DNA of 33,827 nucleotides from positions 1-33,827 of the forward strand of contig RBNJ01000297.1 of NCBI GenBank assembly GCA_003990765.1. Direction: 5' to 3'. The DNA comes from Jimgerdemannia flammicorona. Its lineage: Eukaryota. The position numbers and the translations under genes were made by a program. Below, one piece after another: positions 14,503 through 26,976 of the stretch. The notes under the pieces are model-generated. The model had not been told where the DNA came from. It did not search any database and was given only the letters and a program-made list of their open reading frames with translations. Every line of letters starts with the position of its first letter. Positions within the stretch are counted from its first letter, which is position 1.

Positions 14503-15982
14503 TTAATGAGCGCTCATCCTCCCCTTCTCACTCTCGAGCCTTGAGTACAGTAGGTATAGCGCCATCTGGTTGCTCTCTGGGGTACCGGTAATGGTGACGA
14601 GTCGCTCGTTTGTGTTGCCGTGCGGCTCGGCGATCTTGATGTGTGAGCCGGATAGGTGCCGGATTTCGTTGATTTTGGCCCCACCCTTACCGATTATACA
14701 GCCCACCATGTCGTTCGGGATGAAAATCTGCTGCGCCTGCGAACCTGGTGGGGGAGGGTTGCCGCCGCCAGGACCGCCGGGCCCGCCACCGACACCAGGA
14801 CCAAAATCGCCAGCACCTCGGCCACCGGGGGGACCACCATACGTTGGTGGAGGCGGGTTGTAGAAGAACGGGGGAGCGTTGCCACCGGGACCAGGGCCCG
14901 CACCGGGAACGCCACCGGGACCGCCGGGAGGGCTGCCGGCGTTGGGAGGATAAGCGAACCTGGCCTGAGGTTTGTAGGGTATAGTGCCAGAGGCGCGCTC
15001 CATGTGCTCCTGCAGGATCTCGCCGACCTTGTAGCACGCAATGTGGATCGAATCCGGCACACCTGTGATGGAAATAGAGCGCTCCGTTGACATAGGCAGG
15101 CGGTCCTCTGAGGCATTGAGGCGCGCCCCAGAGGCTTCCTGAATCTCCTTGATCTTGACACCGCCCTTGCCAATCACGGAACCCATACGGGCGTCTGGTA
15201 CCAGCAGACGGATCGAGAGGATACGAGTGCCATTGGTGGGGTCTTCATTCTCCAAGTTTTCGTCGAGGATCTTGCGAGCAACGAGGGCGTATGCCTGATG
15301 CAGACAGTATTATAAGAGCCAAAATAATAATGGGAAACGAACGTTATTCTCAGATTTCGAACGGCCAAAGGCCAAATAGAGTCATGTACAACCAAGACTC
15401 CCACAAGTCAATGGGACACAATATATTCACGCACAGCGATCACAAAAATATAAGCCCTACCTTGGCAACAGCATCCAACGGCCCAGTAACGGTGAGGATG
15501 CGCTCGTAGGCCCCTTGCACCATCTCCGAGATCGTGACGCGAGCGCCGGACTTGTCGCGGATATCACTCACGTTCTTCCCGCCCTTTCCGATGATAACGC
15601 CAGCCTCCTTAGTGGTGACGAGAGAACGGATGGAGATGGAGGGGGCCGTGCTGGACTTGACAGACCCACCCGTAACGCTCCCGTCACCGCCGGCGCCGTC
15701 GCCGCCCTCGACGGTTCCCTGCGCGTCGTCGGTGCCGTCGCGCTCCATGGGAAGGACGGAGGAAGAGACACCGTCGCCGACGTTCAGGGTGCTCGCGCCG
15801 CCGCCGTTGGAGCTTTCGACACCGCTGGGGCCGTTGTCGTTGGGACCGTTGCCACCAGTGGCCTGGCGTTTGAAACGGGCGTGGCGGTCGTCGGAGTCGG
15901 AGTCGGAATGACCGTCGTCGTCTTCGGGGAGGGAACGCTTGAGGCGTTCGGAAGGTGAGTCAGTCTCCTCGTTATCAGACAT
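14503..15982 (-). CDS. Three-KH-domain RNA-binding protein (Rnc1/Pbp2/hnRNP K-PCBP family), 2 exons, ~437 aa
   Basis: Exons 15982-15461 and 15294-14503; three GxxG loops (IIGKGG, VIGKGG, IIGKGG), Gly/Pro linker before KH3, C-terminal ALYLLYSRLESEK. Confidence 0.93.
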
Positions 15983-16887
15983 GGTTTGTGGTTGTTGCTT
16001 GGGGGCAGGGGTACAAATATTTGGCGCCAAATGTACTGTTGTTGTTTGGTGGACTGAAGCCAGTTCAGTTTACGTTATCGTGCAGCACGCGTCGCGGGGA
16101 GGGGTGGGGGGATTATTACTTTTTTTTTACGCGTTGCGACGTTGCGTGGAGAGCGCGTGCTAGTATATACTTGGCGTGAGACAGAGAAGAGGGGTTTGTG
16201 CGCGCGAGTGGCGCAAAGCGCAATGTTCTTGATTTCAGGAGGAGATTAAGGGAAGCTCAGTGGGCGTGGACGGTGTTGTGTGGTCGTGTGTGGGAAGTGA
16301 ATTTTGGGTGGGTAGGTGAAGCACTATCAGGTCTACCGTGGAGTGGAGGAGGAGGAAGAAGGGGAGGGGGTTGGGTGAGGATCGCTTGTGCTCGCGTTTA
16401 GGTGAAAAGGGGAATGATCAACGGTAAGCGGGTACGTATAGAACGTGTTGTTGTGCACAAAATACATGGCTTGTTTTTTTCTCGTATCTCGTGCGGTTCT
16501 TCGTTGCGCCACCACCACGACTTCCTCTTCCACTCAGGTTCCAGTGCAGGACAAGAGTAGGCATATGGGCGAAGCAGTGTGTGTGCAGGACATAAGGATT
16601 TAGTGTGATCGTACCAGTATGCTCCTTTCGTACTTAGGGGAAGGGGAGTGGTGTGTGGAAGAGAAAGACACGCGGCAAGTCAAACTTTTTTTGTTCTTTG
16701 GCAATAATAATAATTATTTGCCGCCCAGTCACCCAGCACCCAGTCATTCACCCTCTGACGTCACCTGTGGGGGAGATCTGATAAATTATTGACACAAATA
16801 TATCGTTCAGCACTTGAACATGAAAAAAAAAAAAAAAGGAAAAATGCACCGCTCGCATTCAAACACGACCATGCAGCAATGTCAAGT

Positions 16888-19800
16888 TCAAGTTAGTGAT
16901 CCCCATCGCTCCAGATCAATGGGCGCCTTCCGTTGCATTTGCCCCAATATTGTCTACATGATACAAAGAGCTTTGCATTAGAAATGGCGCGAGTAATACT
17001 ATAAATCTCCAAGAAAAAAAAAATTCAACACATACTTTGGCAACCCTTTCCACTTCCGCACCACTCATCCTCCTCGCCTCCACTTCATTCTGTCTCCGCC
17101 GCTCACCATAAGCCAGCACCTGCCTCACAATCTCCTCCATCACCGGTAACGACGGCACCACGCCCTCATTCACCTCCCTCCGCGGCGCGGTTCCCGGTTT
17201 CAAGAACGGATCCTCCAACAGCTCTGGTATCGTCAACCTCAGCTTGCTATCACGCTGCAGGCATGTTTTCATGACTCTCAGCAAGTCCGGCTCAACGAGG
17301 ACGCCGGGCTGTGGGACGGCATTGTTCGCGTCCGCAGAGGGGATGGGGACGGCGATGGCAGGAAAGTCGATCAGGTATTGTGGGTTGGGGATGCATTGGA
17401 TTTTTTGGTACATGGTCAGATGGGAAAAGGGAGTGCGACCGTAGACCATCTGATAAAGGATGCAGCCGAGGGACCAGATGTCGCTGGGGCGGCCGAGCTA
17501 TTTGTTTGGAAGCCGGAGATAGGTTGAGGTAAACGTGGCCAAACAGATATGACAAAACGCATTCACCAAAAGATGAATCCTCACCTTCATACACCGTCTT
17601 CCACCAGGCTGGTTTCCATTCGTGTCCAGGATTGCTTCAGGGGACATGTAATTCACTGTACCGATCTGCTCAACAGGGGTAAGTGAGAATTCAACCAAGC
17701 GCACAATATATGCCAGCCTTGGCGTCTATTGCTATCACAACACGTACCTGCTGATCCCTGTGAATATTGGTGGTATCGTTCGAGATAGCTTTGGCGATGC
17801 CAAAATCGATCAACTTTAGTGACCCCTCGACAAACAAGAAGTTGGCGGGTTTCAGGTCGGAATGTACAATCTTCTCCTGGTGGATCGCGTCAACCGCTTG
17901 GAGCATCTACAGGGATGGCTCACCGTAATGGTGAGGCGGGATCAACAACTGGATGTACCGAAAAAAAAAAAAAAAAAACGGTTGTACGTACTTGCTCCCA
18001 ATACAACCGAATAAAATTTAAATTGATCGGCTTGCCCTGCTGCTTCGTTAATACGTGCGCAAGATCGATCTCACCACACTCCATCAACTGGTTTTTTTTT
18101 TTTTTTTCAAAAAAAAAAAAAAAAATTACGTCAAATCGCATATCACGCCAGTCCCGCCAACACCAGAGCATGGACCACGCACCACCAATACCCAATTCGG
18201 TACCAAACTCACCATCATCAGATAACTCTTTTCATAATTCACCTCCGAGTCGTACATCTTTATGATGCGCTCGTGTCCGGCCATCCGTTTGAGCAGGTTG
18301 ATCTCGTTAATATAGCCTGAGATGGCGCTCTGGTCAGCCTTGTCGAACATCACTTTCTTGAGTGCGTAGATGTGGTGGTTTGTGGTCATGACCTTGTAGA
18401 CCTTGCTCGAGCCACCTCGACCGATGGTGTCCAAGCGGGTGAACTGCCGGTTGTTGACCTGGGATTGAAAGGATGTTAGGTGAAAAGAATTTCATTCAGG
18501 CGGCTATTAAGCAAACCGTGGTCGACGATTCAAAAATATGCTTACCACCATGATCCCTTTGCCAACCTTTACGGGAGGAGTTTCCGATGCCTCTCCCTCT
18601 GCCACTTCCAATGCCGTTACCGATGGAGCCACGGCGGGCTGCGGTGGTGGCATGCTCACAGGTTGCGGCGGCGGCTTGACCACGCGCTCTGGTGGTGGCG
18701 GCATGCTGTTGACAGATTCTAGTATCGGCCTCAACGAGTTCTGCCCGAGTGGCATTGATGCCGACAACACCTGCCTCCACGGCTCCAGAGGAGCGACCTA
18801 TAAAAAGTATGAATGACCGGGGTACATCAACATCCTTATTCACACTGCAGAACCTTTGTTTGGTGATAAGCTCACCTTTTTGGTTTCGACATGGCGATTC
18901 CCGCCCTGTGAGCTCCCCGACGACGATCGGTATGAGGATGCTGGCTAGCGTGGATAAAAAGAATGGTGTCAGTGAGGAGTGACATGATATAGCGGCTGTA
19001 GACCTTGACTATAAACAATCCGCGCAACGTACCGCGTTCTCTTTCCTGTCGCTGGCTGGTTGTTGGATACTTGGTGGTGGACTTGACCTTTCTACCTTCT
19101 ATCGATTTCGTTTATATTAGAACAGCTTTTATACTACGTTATTATCGACAAACCCTCCATAAACTCGGAAACCAGCTTACCGTCGCCGCTGCAGATTCTT
19201 GTTTCGGCTCTTGGAACCGATTCAGCAGGCTCAACGAACTCTGCTGACCGCCGAAATCGATTCTGGACACACGCGGCTGCGATGGCGGCTCCTCCTGTAC
19301 CTGCTGTACGGGGAGCTTAGCCGTCGAAGAGTTCTCTGGACTAGTGCCGGGCGACTCGATGGGGCTCGAGCTCGCGGAAGAGGAGGAGGAAGAGGCAGAC
19401 GAGACAATCGCGTCACGGGACGCGAGTCGGTCCACGTCTCGGTCTTTACGAGGACCTTGAGGGAGTGGGGTTACCGTGGGGCCGGCGGGGTCGGCGAAAG
19501 CGACGGCGACTCTGGACGGCGCGGTGGTGTAGGTGGTTTTTTTTGTTACTTGAAGAGATTGAAAGGGTTAGAGTTGCATTAATACCTTCTATTAATTGAC
19601 CGGACATAATACTGAGCAGCCGTCACCTACCATTATCGATCCCCCAATCTGGCGCATCCTTCTTTACCACATCATCCTCGGTCAACATCGACCGGCCATC
19701 AGAATCTATGAGAAAAGGCAACACATGAAATCGGTCAATGCAAAAAGTTACCAATGGTTTAGGCTTCTACTGCACGGAGAAACCCTTAGCGTAGTAGGGG

Positions 19801-21079
19801 GGTAAGGGGACATACCACACCTCTCCAGCCTTGGAGAGTCTTCCCCTATGTTTGGATCCTCTCCGTCAGCACTCCCTATCCCATCCGACAAACGAGAACG
19901 CTTTGGTGGGCCTGAACAAAGAAGCAAATTCTCGTTCAGATATCACCCTGTGGCGATCACCCGAAATCGACGACAAATTTGTGCCACACCTAGCTTACCA
20001 AGATTTGGGAGACGTTTGAGTCGCGGATACCGCAACGTGGACGGAGCGGTCCGGTCCGGTTGCATGCTGTGCGTTAAAGTTGCAGAGTGCGTAATCATAA
20101 ATCTCGATGAAAATATAATGCCTCTGTACACCATACAATGAATGACCGGTGGTAGCGAAATACCTCGGTGGCCTGATCGCGGGTGTGACGTGCGTCGATT
20201 GAGCGTCGCGAGTCGAAGACATCGTCTGCACCAGCGGAGTACTCTGAATCTGGATGGTGATGTCAAATACATTAGCAAACCTGATGGTTGTCGGAACACT
20301 CTTGTGTCCAAACCCTTCCATAGACAAGGAATGACTTGTTACCTCTGGAGCCAGATATGACTGCAGCTCAGTGGTGGCATCGTCCGCATCAGCATTGTCC
20401 GTATTCAAATCCCGCAGATGGCCAATTGCAGATGCCGAGTACTTGGAATCCTGTGGCGCGACATCGTGGAACGCGTCACGGTAGCAAGAGGCGGCGGACG
20501 AGCGGAAGAAGTTGGACTGGTTCGCAGGAAACAAGTCAACGGTCGGTCGCAGTGAATGGCTTTAAAATGTCCACATGCAAGGATCGAAGCGATGCTACTC
20601 AACAGACACATACCAGATCCGACGGAGGTGACACATCTCCGTCCCCCGATCTACTCAACGTCGATAGCGATCGATTGCCCACGCGACCCCCAAGCGCCGA
20701 GGCAGATCCGGCGGACCCACTATTATCTCTTTTTGGCCAGGGGAAAAGTGACATGGGCTCCCCGTCAGCCAAAGACTTGAGCTTGAATTTGGGAAGATCA
20801 TCCTCTTCATCCTCATTGTCGTCACCGAACGTGGGTCGTGACTTTGCCAACGGAACACCGTCCCAGAGCGGGTTCTCCTTGTCGTTAGTGATCTTGCGCC
20901 ATGTCTCGGCGGAGGCATGGGAGGTGGCGGGCGGTGTGAAGAGTTCGTCGCGGGTGGAGAAGACCTGTTGTAATGGGGGCCTGTGAGCATGTTTTCTCTG
21001 GAAATTTCTTTTCAAATGTTACCCTGCACGCATTTCTAGCAAATCAAATAAGAATGCATACACTGCCAAAGTTTGCCAT
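16888..21079 (-). CDS. MPS1: Mps1/TTK spindle-checkpoint kinase, multi-exon
   Basis: Kinase exons 18458-18213, 18087-17992, 17906-17748, 17665-17585, 17497-17036, last exon 16953-16888; [54 protein letters not shown]. Likely first exon 21079-21062 (MANFGS) spliced to 20997; low-complexity middle exons not fully resolved. Confidence 0.92.
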
Positions 21080-21389
21080 TCTTGTTGAACGTTTTTCTTT
21101 ATTTTTAATATATTATTATCCGACGGGGTTTGAGCAAGATCTCGGTCGACGATGTCTCCAGGAAGAACGAAGGTTAATGGTGGGCTAGTTTGAACAGGAA
21201 GCTAGTCGGGGGGGGAGGATGTATCGGACGCGAATGTTTGTTTACGCATGTAGAAAGTGACTTCCCAAAGGGGAGGCTACACATTGATCACGTGTGACAG
21301 CAATAAAAAAAATAAAAAAAATACAGACAGGCAGTCACACTTTTACAAAAGGCACAAGAAAATAAGAAAAAACACACCCCACCAAAGCC
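21080..21389. promoter_or_regulatory. 310-bp divergent interval between MPS1 and NOP15-like gene
   Basis: Opposed start codons; contains TCACGTG (21288-21294) and ACGCG near 21228; depends on the inferred MPS1 start. Confidence 0.55.
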
Positions 21390-23065
21390 ATGCCCGTGAC
21401 AAGAAGCACAGCGAAGAATAATTCCCCAAGGAAATCCTTGTCCCCCAAAACCCCCACCCCCGCCAGCCGACCCACCCAAGCAACTCAACAAACCCCTTCC
21501 AGACCCAAACCCGTCGCAAGAGCATCCGTCAACTCCGAGCCCAAGGCCGTCCCCGAGTCGTCGCCCAAACCTGCCGTAGCTCCTTCGCCCAAGGTCGTCA
21601 CCACCCCCGTCACAGCGACAGCTGCCCCTGCTACCCCCAGGACTAACAAGCGGAAAGCCGCCGCGACCCCGAAACAATCGGTAAAGAAGGTCAAGGAGGC
21701 CGAGGAGGCGAAGAAAGAGGAAGCAGAACCTGTGTCTTTATTCGCCAAGGAGTTTAAGGCGCTCGAAATTAGCGATGATGAAAAGGAAACGTTGACGGCG
21801 AAGAAGTCCACGCCCAAAAAGGAGTCACCAGTCAAGAAAACAACGCCGGCAAAGGAGGCACCGGCAAAGAAGGAGACGCCAGCAAAAAAGGAGACGCCCG
21901 CAAATATAGTTACGCCAACGAAGAAAGTTACGCCAGCAAGGAAGGTCACGCCGATGAAGATGGAAGCCGAGCAGGCCGAGCAGGCCGAGGAGGAGGAGAT
22001 CAGCGACGAAGAGGCAGCGCAGGCCGCGCTAGACGAGGCGATATTGCAAGGCATTGATAGCAGCGAGGGTGAGGACAGCTCAGACGACGAGGATATGGCC
22101 GGCAAGGAGGACGTGTTCAGGTCGATGAAGAACCAGATCGCGCTCAATCCCAAGGACGAGGTCGCGCTGAGGAAGAAGACGGCCGCCGCCTCCAAGGTAC
22201 GTATTCTGTCTGCATTTCGCCTGATCCGCGCATATCCGCCGTGCTGTCAGCTTACCTCACTTCCTCTTCCGCCAAAATTTACAGGCCCCAAAAGTCAAGC
22301 CTGGTGTAATCTACCTTGGCCGCATTCCGCACGGTTTCTACGAGGAGGAGATGAAGGCTTACTTTGAACAATTTGGCACCGTCTCACGCCTACGCCTGTC
22401 ACGGAACAAGAAGACAGGTCGCCCGAAGCACTACGCTTTTATCGAGTTCGAGTCGGAGGAGGTAGCCAAGATTGTGGCGGAGACCATGGATAATTACTTG
22501 CTGTACGGGCACATCATGAAGTGTAGGTATATCCTTTTTTGCTTTATCGTTTGGTATCTTGTCTTTGTTCCAGTTATATTTCTTTGTATTATTATTGGAG
22601 ATTATGTTATTCCTTTGCAATGCATTTTATAACCTTCATCCCCCACACCGTCTTTTCCTCGCCCTCCCCCCCCCCCCCCCCCCCAGGCCAGGTGCTGCCT
22701 GAAGATAGGGTCCACGCGACCATGTTCATCAACGCCAACCGCAAGTTCAAAGTTATCCCGTGGACCAAGATCGCGCGCAAGCAGCACAACAAACCCAGGA
22801 CGGCAGAGAACCGCGAGCAGCTCGTCGAAAAGCTGCTTCTTAAGGAGGGGAAGAAGCGGAAACAGTTGGAGGAGTTGGGGATCGAGTACGAATTTACCGG
22901 TTACGTGAGTGATCCATCTGGGAGTTCTCGAAAGGGGGTTGTGCTTTTTATTTTGGTGGACAAATTACGCACTTGGTCAATGATCTGACAGTTTCTTTCT
23001 CTGTGATCTACGAATCTTTGCAGCTCGGCGACGTCAAACAGAAGCCGACACACATCAAGTTCTAA
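21390..23065 (+). CDS. NOP15: Nop15/NIFK (MKI67IP)-like nucleolar RRM protein, 4 exons, ~434 aa
   Basis: Exons 21390-22196, 22285-22522, 22687-22904, 23024-23065; [65 protein letters not shown]. Confidence 0.92.
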
Positions 23066-23504
23066 TGGGGATTGAGTTGAATCGGAGGAGGGGGAGGGGG
23101 TTTGATCCTTAGAGCTTTATTTTTTGTATCTTTATTCGAAGAACAATTTCTCGCTTATAAAATGCTGCATCTCGGGAAAAAAAAAAAAAACAACGCTGCC
23201 AAAATTGCTACTAGCACATACGTTGTGCCGGGATAGTGTGAAATTATATGTCGGTTATATGCGCATATACAGTCAAGATTCAAGGTTTGAATTTCTTTGT
23301 TAGCTATGTATATACAAAGCATCACCACCATATTTGGATAGGTGTGTGTCTTTAATTTGTAGGGGATAGATCAGGCAAATGACATAATCTTCCAACAGCA
23401 ACTATTTACAAAGAAAGATGGACGGAAAAGACATTGCAATCCGATCCAATTGAAAGTAATGCGACGGATTGACACCGAATCGCACAACCCCACCACCCTT
23501 CACT

Positions 23505-23915
23505 TCACTGACAATAATCCAGATTCTGATCCCCGTCCTGCCTCGTCGCGCCGGGGGTCCACCCGCTAGCCTTCTGGGTATCGTAGGAGTGGGGCCCGCT
23601 ACGCTCGCTGTGGACGTCCTTGTCGAGCTGCACGCCGGAGAAGGCCAATTCGTAGACAGACGAGTTCGCACGCGGTCGCTGCTCCTGGCCCTCCTGTTGT
23701 TTCTCCTGGTGGCCGCACTGCTCGTCGGTCGCGGTTGGGGATACGTCCGTTGGGGATGCATCGGTGTGGGATGACGACGGCGCTTCGGAGCGCGCCACGG
23801 GGATGGTAATGGAGGGTCGCTGAGAGCTCGCGGCGACATCAGGGTGCTCAGTGTCCGGCTGATTCAGGGGGTGATGCTCGCGAGAGTTTTTAGGGTTGAA
23901 CTTTGGTTTGGTCAT
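23505..23915 (-). CDS. Hypothetical hydrophilic 136-aa protein, single exon
   Basis: ATG in ACCATG context after a pyrimidine-rich leader, CpG-intact, GC-rich like the other island genes; no recognisable domain. Confidence 0.55.
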   Translation of the reverse strand: MTKPKFNPKNSREHHPLNQPDTEHPDVAASSQRPSITIPVARSEAPSSSHTDASPTDVSPTATDEQCGHQEKQQEGQEQRPRANSSVYELAFSGVQLDKDVHSERSGPHSYDTQKASGWTPGATRQDGDQNLDYCQ

Positions 23916-23999
23916 GGTTGATACTTGAAGGGGAGGGTGAGGGTGAAAGGGTGGGAAAGAAGAGTGGGCGTTTCGAGCTGTCAGAAAAGCAAGTCATGC

Positions 24000-25531
24000 C
24001 TTACAAGATGATGTCATCAGTTATTTATACTGTTAGACTAATGTTGGCTAATAGTATTATTGGCTATTAATGGCCAATGAAATTAATTATTGGGGTTTCA
24101 GCTGAATAGAGTAACTGGGAGCTCAATTTATACTATATAAATAAGTATCTTATTAGACTTATTCCTTAGATAGTAATATAGCCAAATTTGGCTATAAATT
24201 TTTGAAAATTTATAAGTCTGAGTGTGTCTTCACTGTTTTGGTAATTATACCCTTTAAACTAATGATCCTTGATATCAATAACTTAAAGATACTTATGTCA
24301 GATATCTGTAGCTTGAGAAAGTGGCTGTTTTAATGCCTAAGTACTGTCTGTTGTACTTCTAATTGATCTAGTCTTCTTCTGATAGACTTGAATAATAATT
24401 TGATAATTACAGATTTTAATTTTTAAAGTCTAAGTCTTTTAGTATATCTTTCTTAAATATAGTCTGGTTCTGAGAATTATATTTAGATTCTTCAGAGTTC
24501 AAGTATTTTTAAAATTCAGGGTATCTAATTTTAGATATAGTCTTTCTATTAAGAATTATTTAGAGACTTATCTATATATTATAGACTTAAGTCTTAATTA
24601 TCTTCTTATTTGATATTGTGTAAATCTTGTCTTTTATTGAGTTACTTGCTTGAGAGTATTTATACATTTTTAAGGACTTTATATATTGATTGACTATTGG
24701 CTAAAAGATATAAGACAGAAAGTCACTGAAAATAATATAAAAGTTACACTATAATAGTGTCATTATAAAGTCATAATAATGCTATTTAATGATATCATTT
24801 TCATATACTATTTATGAAGTAATGTTTTAGATTTTTGACTAAGACTTTGTGATGTAATGTATTACATCATGAGATAGTAACAGACTTCTCTGAAAAGAGA
24901 TAAGACTTCTTCCAGAGTTTTAGATCTAAATGATATAGTACTAAACTTATTAGAGTTTAGTTTTGATCTAGTAGTTACAGATGATGATGTAAATACTGGT
25001 GAGGCTAGTCTTACATTGAATGATACAGAAATTCTCTGTGGCCAGATGTTCAGAAGGTGTGAAGATGATTTATTTATATTTTAGTTTTATTTTGAGAAAA
25101 GGATATCTATGTGATAATTGTTTAAATAATTATTTTTCAGAGCCAATTTGTAGAGTATTTATTTGTTTACCAAATAAACTATTTTAATATATAACAACTA
25201 TGATTTCATAGCTTGTCATAGTCTAGTTTAACCTATGAAGTTGTTGGTCTTAAAGATCTTACTAGCTCCTAATATCAGAGAGCTAATAATATTAATGGCT
25301 AATTTTGATATACTCTAGTTTCTATAATATTATAGACTATTTTAGTTTATGACATCAATATGGCTGAAGACTAATTTAGTCTCATGCTATTTTTAGCATC
25401 TTTAGTCTATTTTTAAGATATATCCATAGTGATGTTAGTGTGAGTATATACTAAACTAGTATAGAGACTAGTGTGACTACTATGATGTTACTGGCTAAAG
25501 AGAGTTGAAATTAGTATAAAATCATTATAAT

Positions 25532-25534
<3 letters not shown>
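24000..25534. repeat. Decayed AT-rich, CpG-depleted repeat of unassigned family
   Basis: Abrupt loss of CpG after ~23980; no ORFs or recognisable motifs. Confidence 0.5.
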
Positions 25535-25598
<64 letters not shown>

Positions 25599-26306
25599 GT
25601 TACTTGGACTTCTTTATTACTATCTATCTATAATAATTACAGTATCTCTATCCCACTACCCAATCTCCTTAGGACTCCTTCCCTCCTCTACTCTATTATA
25701 CTTAAATATTATCTTACCATCTACTACTATAACTCTCTCTTCACTCTACCCATAGATTTTCTCCATCAAGTACCAATGACCTCTCTGCAGACCCCATTCC
25801 ATCTACCATTCTGCCAAGACATTCATCATCAATTCATTCTATTTTGTCAGCTATATTTCTAATCCCAAATACCTCTCTTCTTTAAAAACAAATAGCCAGT
25901 ATCCAGCCCATTCTACCCATATAGCTACAATCTACCCCAAAGTAAGCCACTAATTTCCAACCCCCCCAACCAATCTATCTCTCAGGTCCTCTCATTGACT
26001 CCTCTCTCTATTCCTTCTCTTCATAATACTCAATCTATTATTAATCACTAGTCAAAAATCTCCAAGTATTTCATACTCTCCCAGCCAATATTTTGGCATC
26101 TATATATATCCCCCATTCTGTCCTATATTATAACACTCCTTACAATTAAAGCTTCTCCTCTTTACAAGATAGCCTATATAAAAGTTAAGTATGATATTTC
26201 TCTTCAACATATACCACTAGATCATCTAGAATTTAGAGAGTAGCTATCTTCAGATCTCTTCACTCTAGGCCCAGACCCCATTCCAGTCCCACCTCTCTCT
26301 AATACT
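25535..26306 (-). mobile_element. 5'-truncated L1/Tx1-like LINE, 3' end with poly(A) tail (copy A)
   Basis: T61 at 25535-25595 (A tail on minus) with minus-strand AATAAA at ~25612-25617; 25640-26306 aligns by eye with 29865-30528 (shared ACCTCTCTGCAGACCCCATTCCA, ACCAATCTATCTCTCAG, TAGGCCCAGACCCCATT). Confidence 0.88.
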
Positions 26307-26331
26307 ATAAGAGGGTTGCTTTTAGGGTAAC

Positions 26332-26976
26332 TGTTACATAGTTCTGGAAGAGTTTTCTGGAAGTTCTGGATATTCTGGAAGACTGTTTTCTTATGGTCAA
26401 GATCAATTTCATATGGAGTATATCCTCTATGCTTATTGATTTCAAGATCAGGTTAATGTCTCAACCAAAGTCCTTTTTTGGACTAGTTCTGAATATTCAG
26501 AATTTTCTGTATTTTAGGAAGTTTAGGAAACTAAGGCCAGCTTAGTTGAATTGGCATATCACTGTAGACAATACCCAATTAGGAAATTTCATGATGGGGT
26601 TAGGAGTGGGACCTAACAGGGAGTAGATTTACTTAAGAGTGGTTTGTGGGTTATTAAATAGGTTTATTCACTATTCATAATATTGCTATACTAGGAGTAG
26701 TTATGTGAAGGAATATTGTGGAGAAGTGTTCAGGAATGTTCTTGTGTATTCGAGTCTGTTCAAGTCTGTTCAAGTCTGTTCAAGTCTGAGATTCTGAGGT
26801 CTGGGGAAAAGGGTATTTATACTAGTGAGGGGCTATCTAGACTATACTAGATATGGATGTAGCACTTAGTGCCTTGCTGAGTCAGAATGCAGTCATGTAG
26901 TATAAGTGTGATCTGACATATGTATCAAGAGATTGTCTGACTGCTGAGTTAGTTCATAGTTATATTGTACATATCA
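26332..26976 (-). repeat. LTR (~645 bp) in minus orientation
   Basis: Minus strand starts TGATATGTA and ends TATGTAACA; TATAAATA at ~26814-26821; shares AGTGAATAAACCT with the LTR at 2505-2972; internal 10-bp repeat GTCTGTTCAA x3 at ~26754-26783; no matching TSD. Confidence 0.7.

Noticed and set aside
21485..22195. 236-aa antisense ORF, and similar overlapping ORFs at 14570-15958 and 27183-27701
   Set aside because: Shadows of GC-rich or biased sense coding sequence.
22529..22540. ATATCCTTT resembling a U12 AT-AC donor in NOP15
   Set aside because: Canonical GTAGGT donor at 22523 with the AG at 22685-22686 already gives the right frame.
26332..26976. 5' LTR of gypsy copy 2, or clean solo LTR
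   Set aside because: Opposite orientation, no gag/protease between it and dUTPase, and flanks GTAAC/CCCTC do not match as a TSD.
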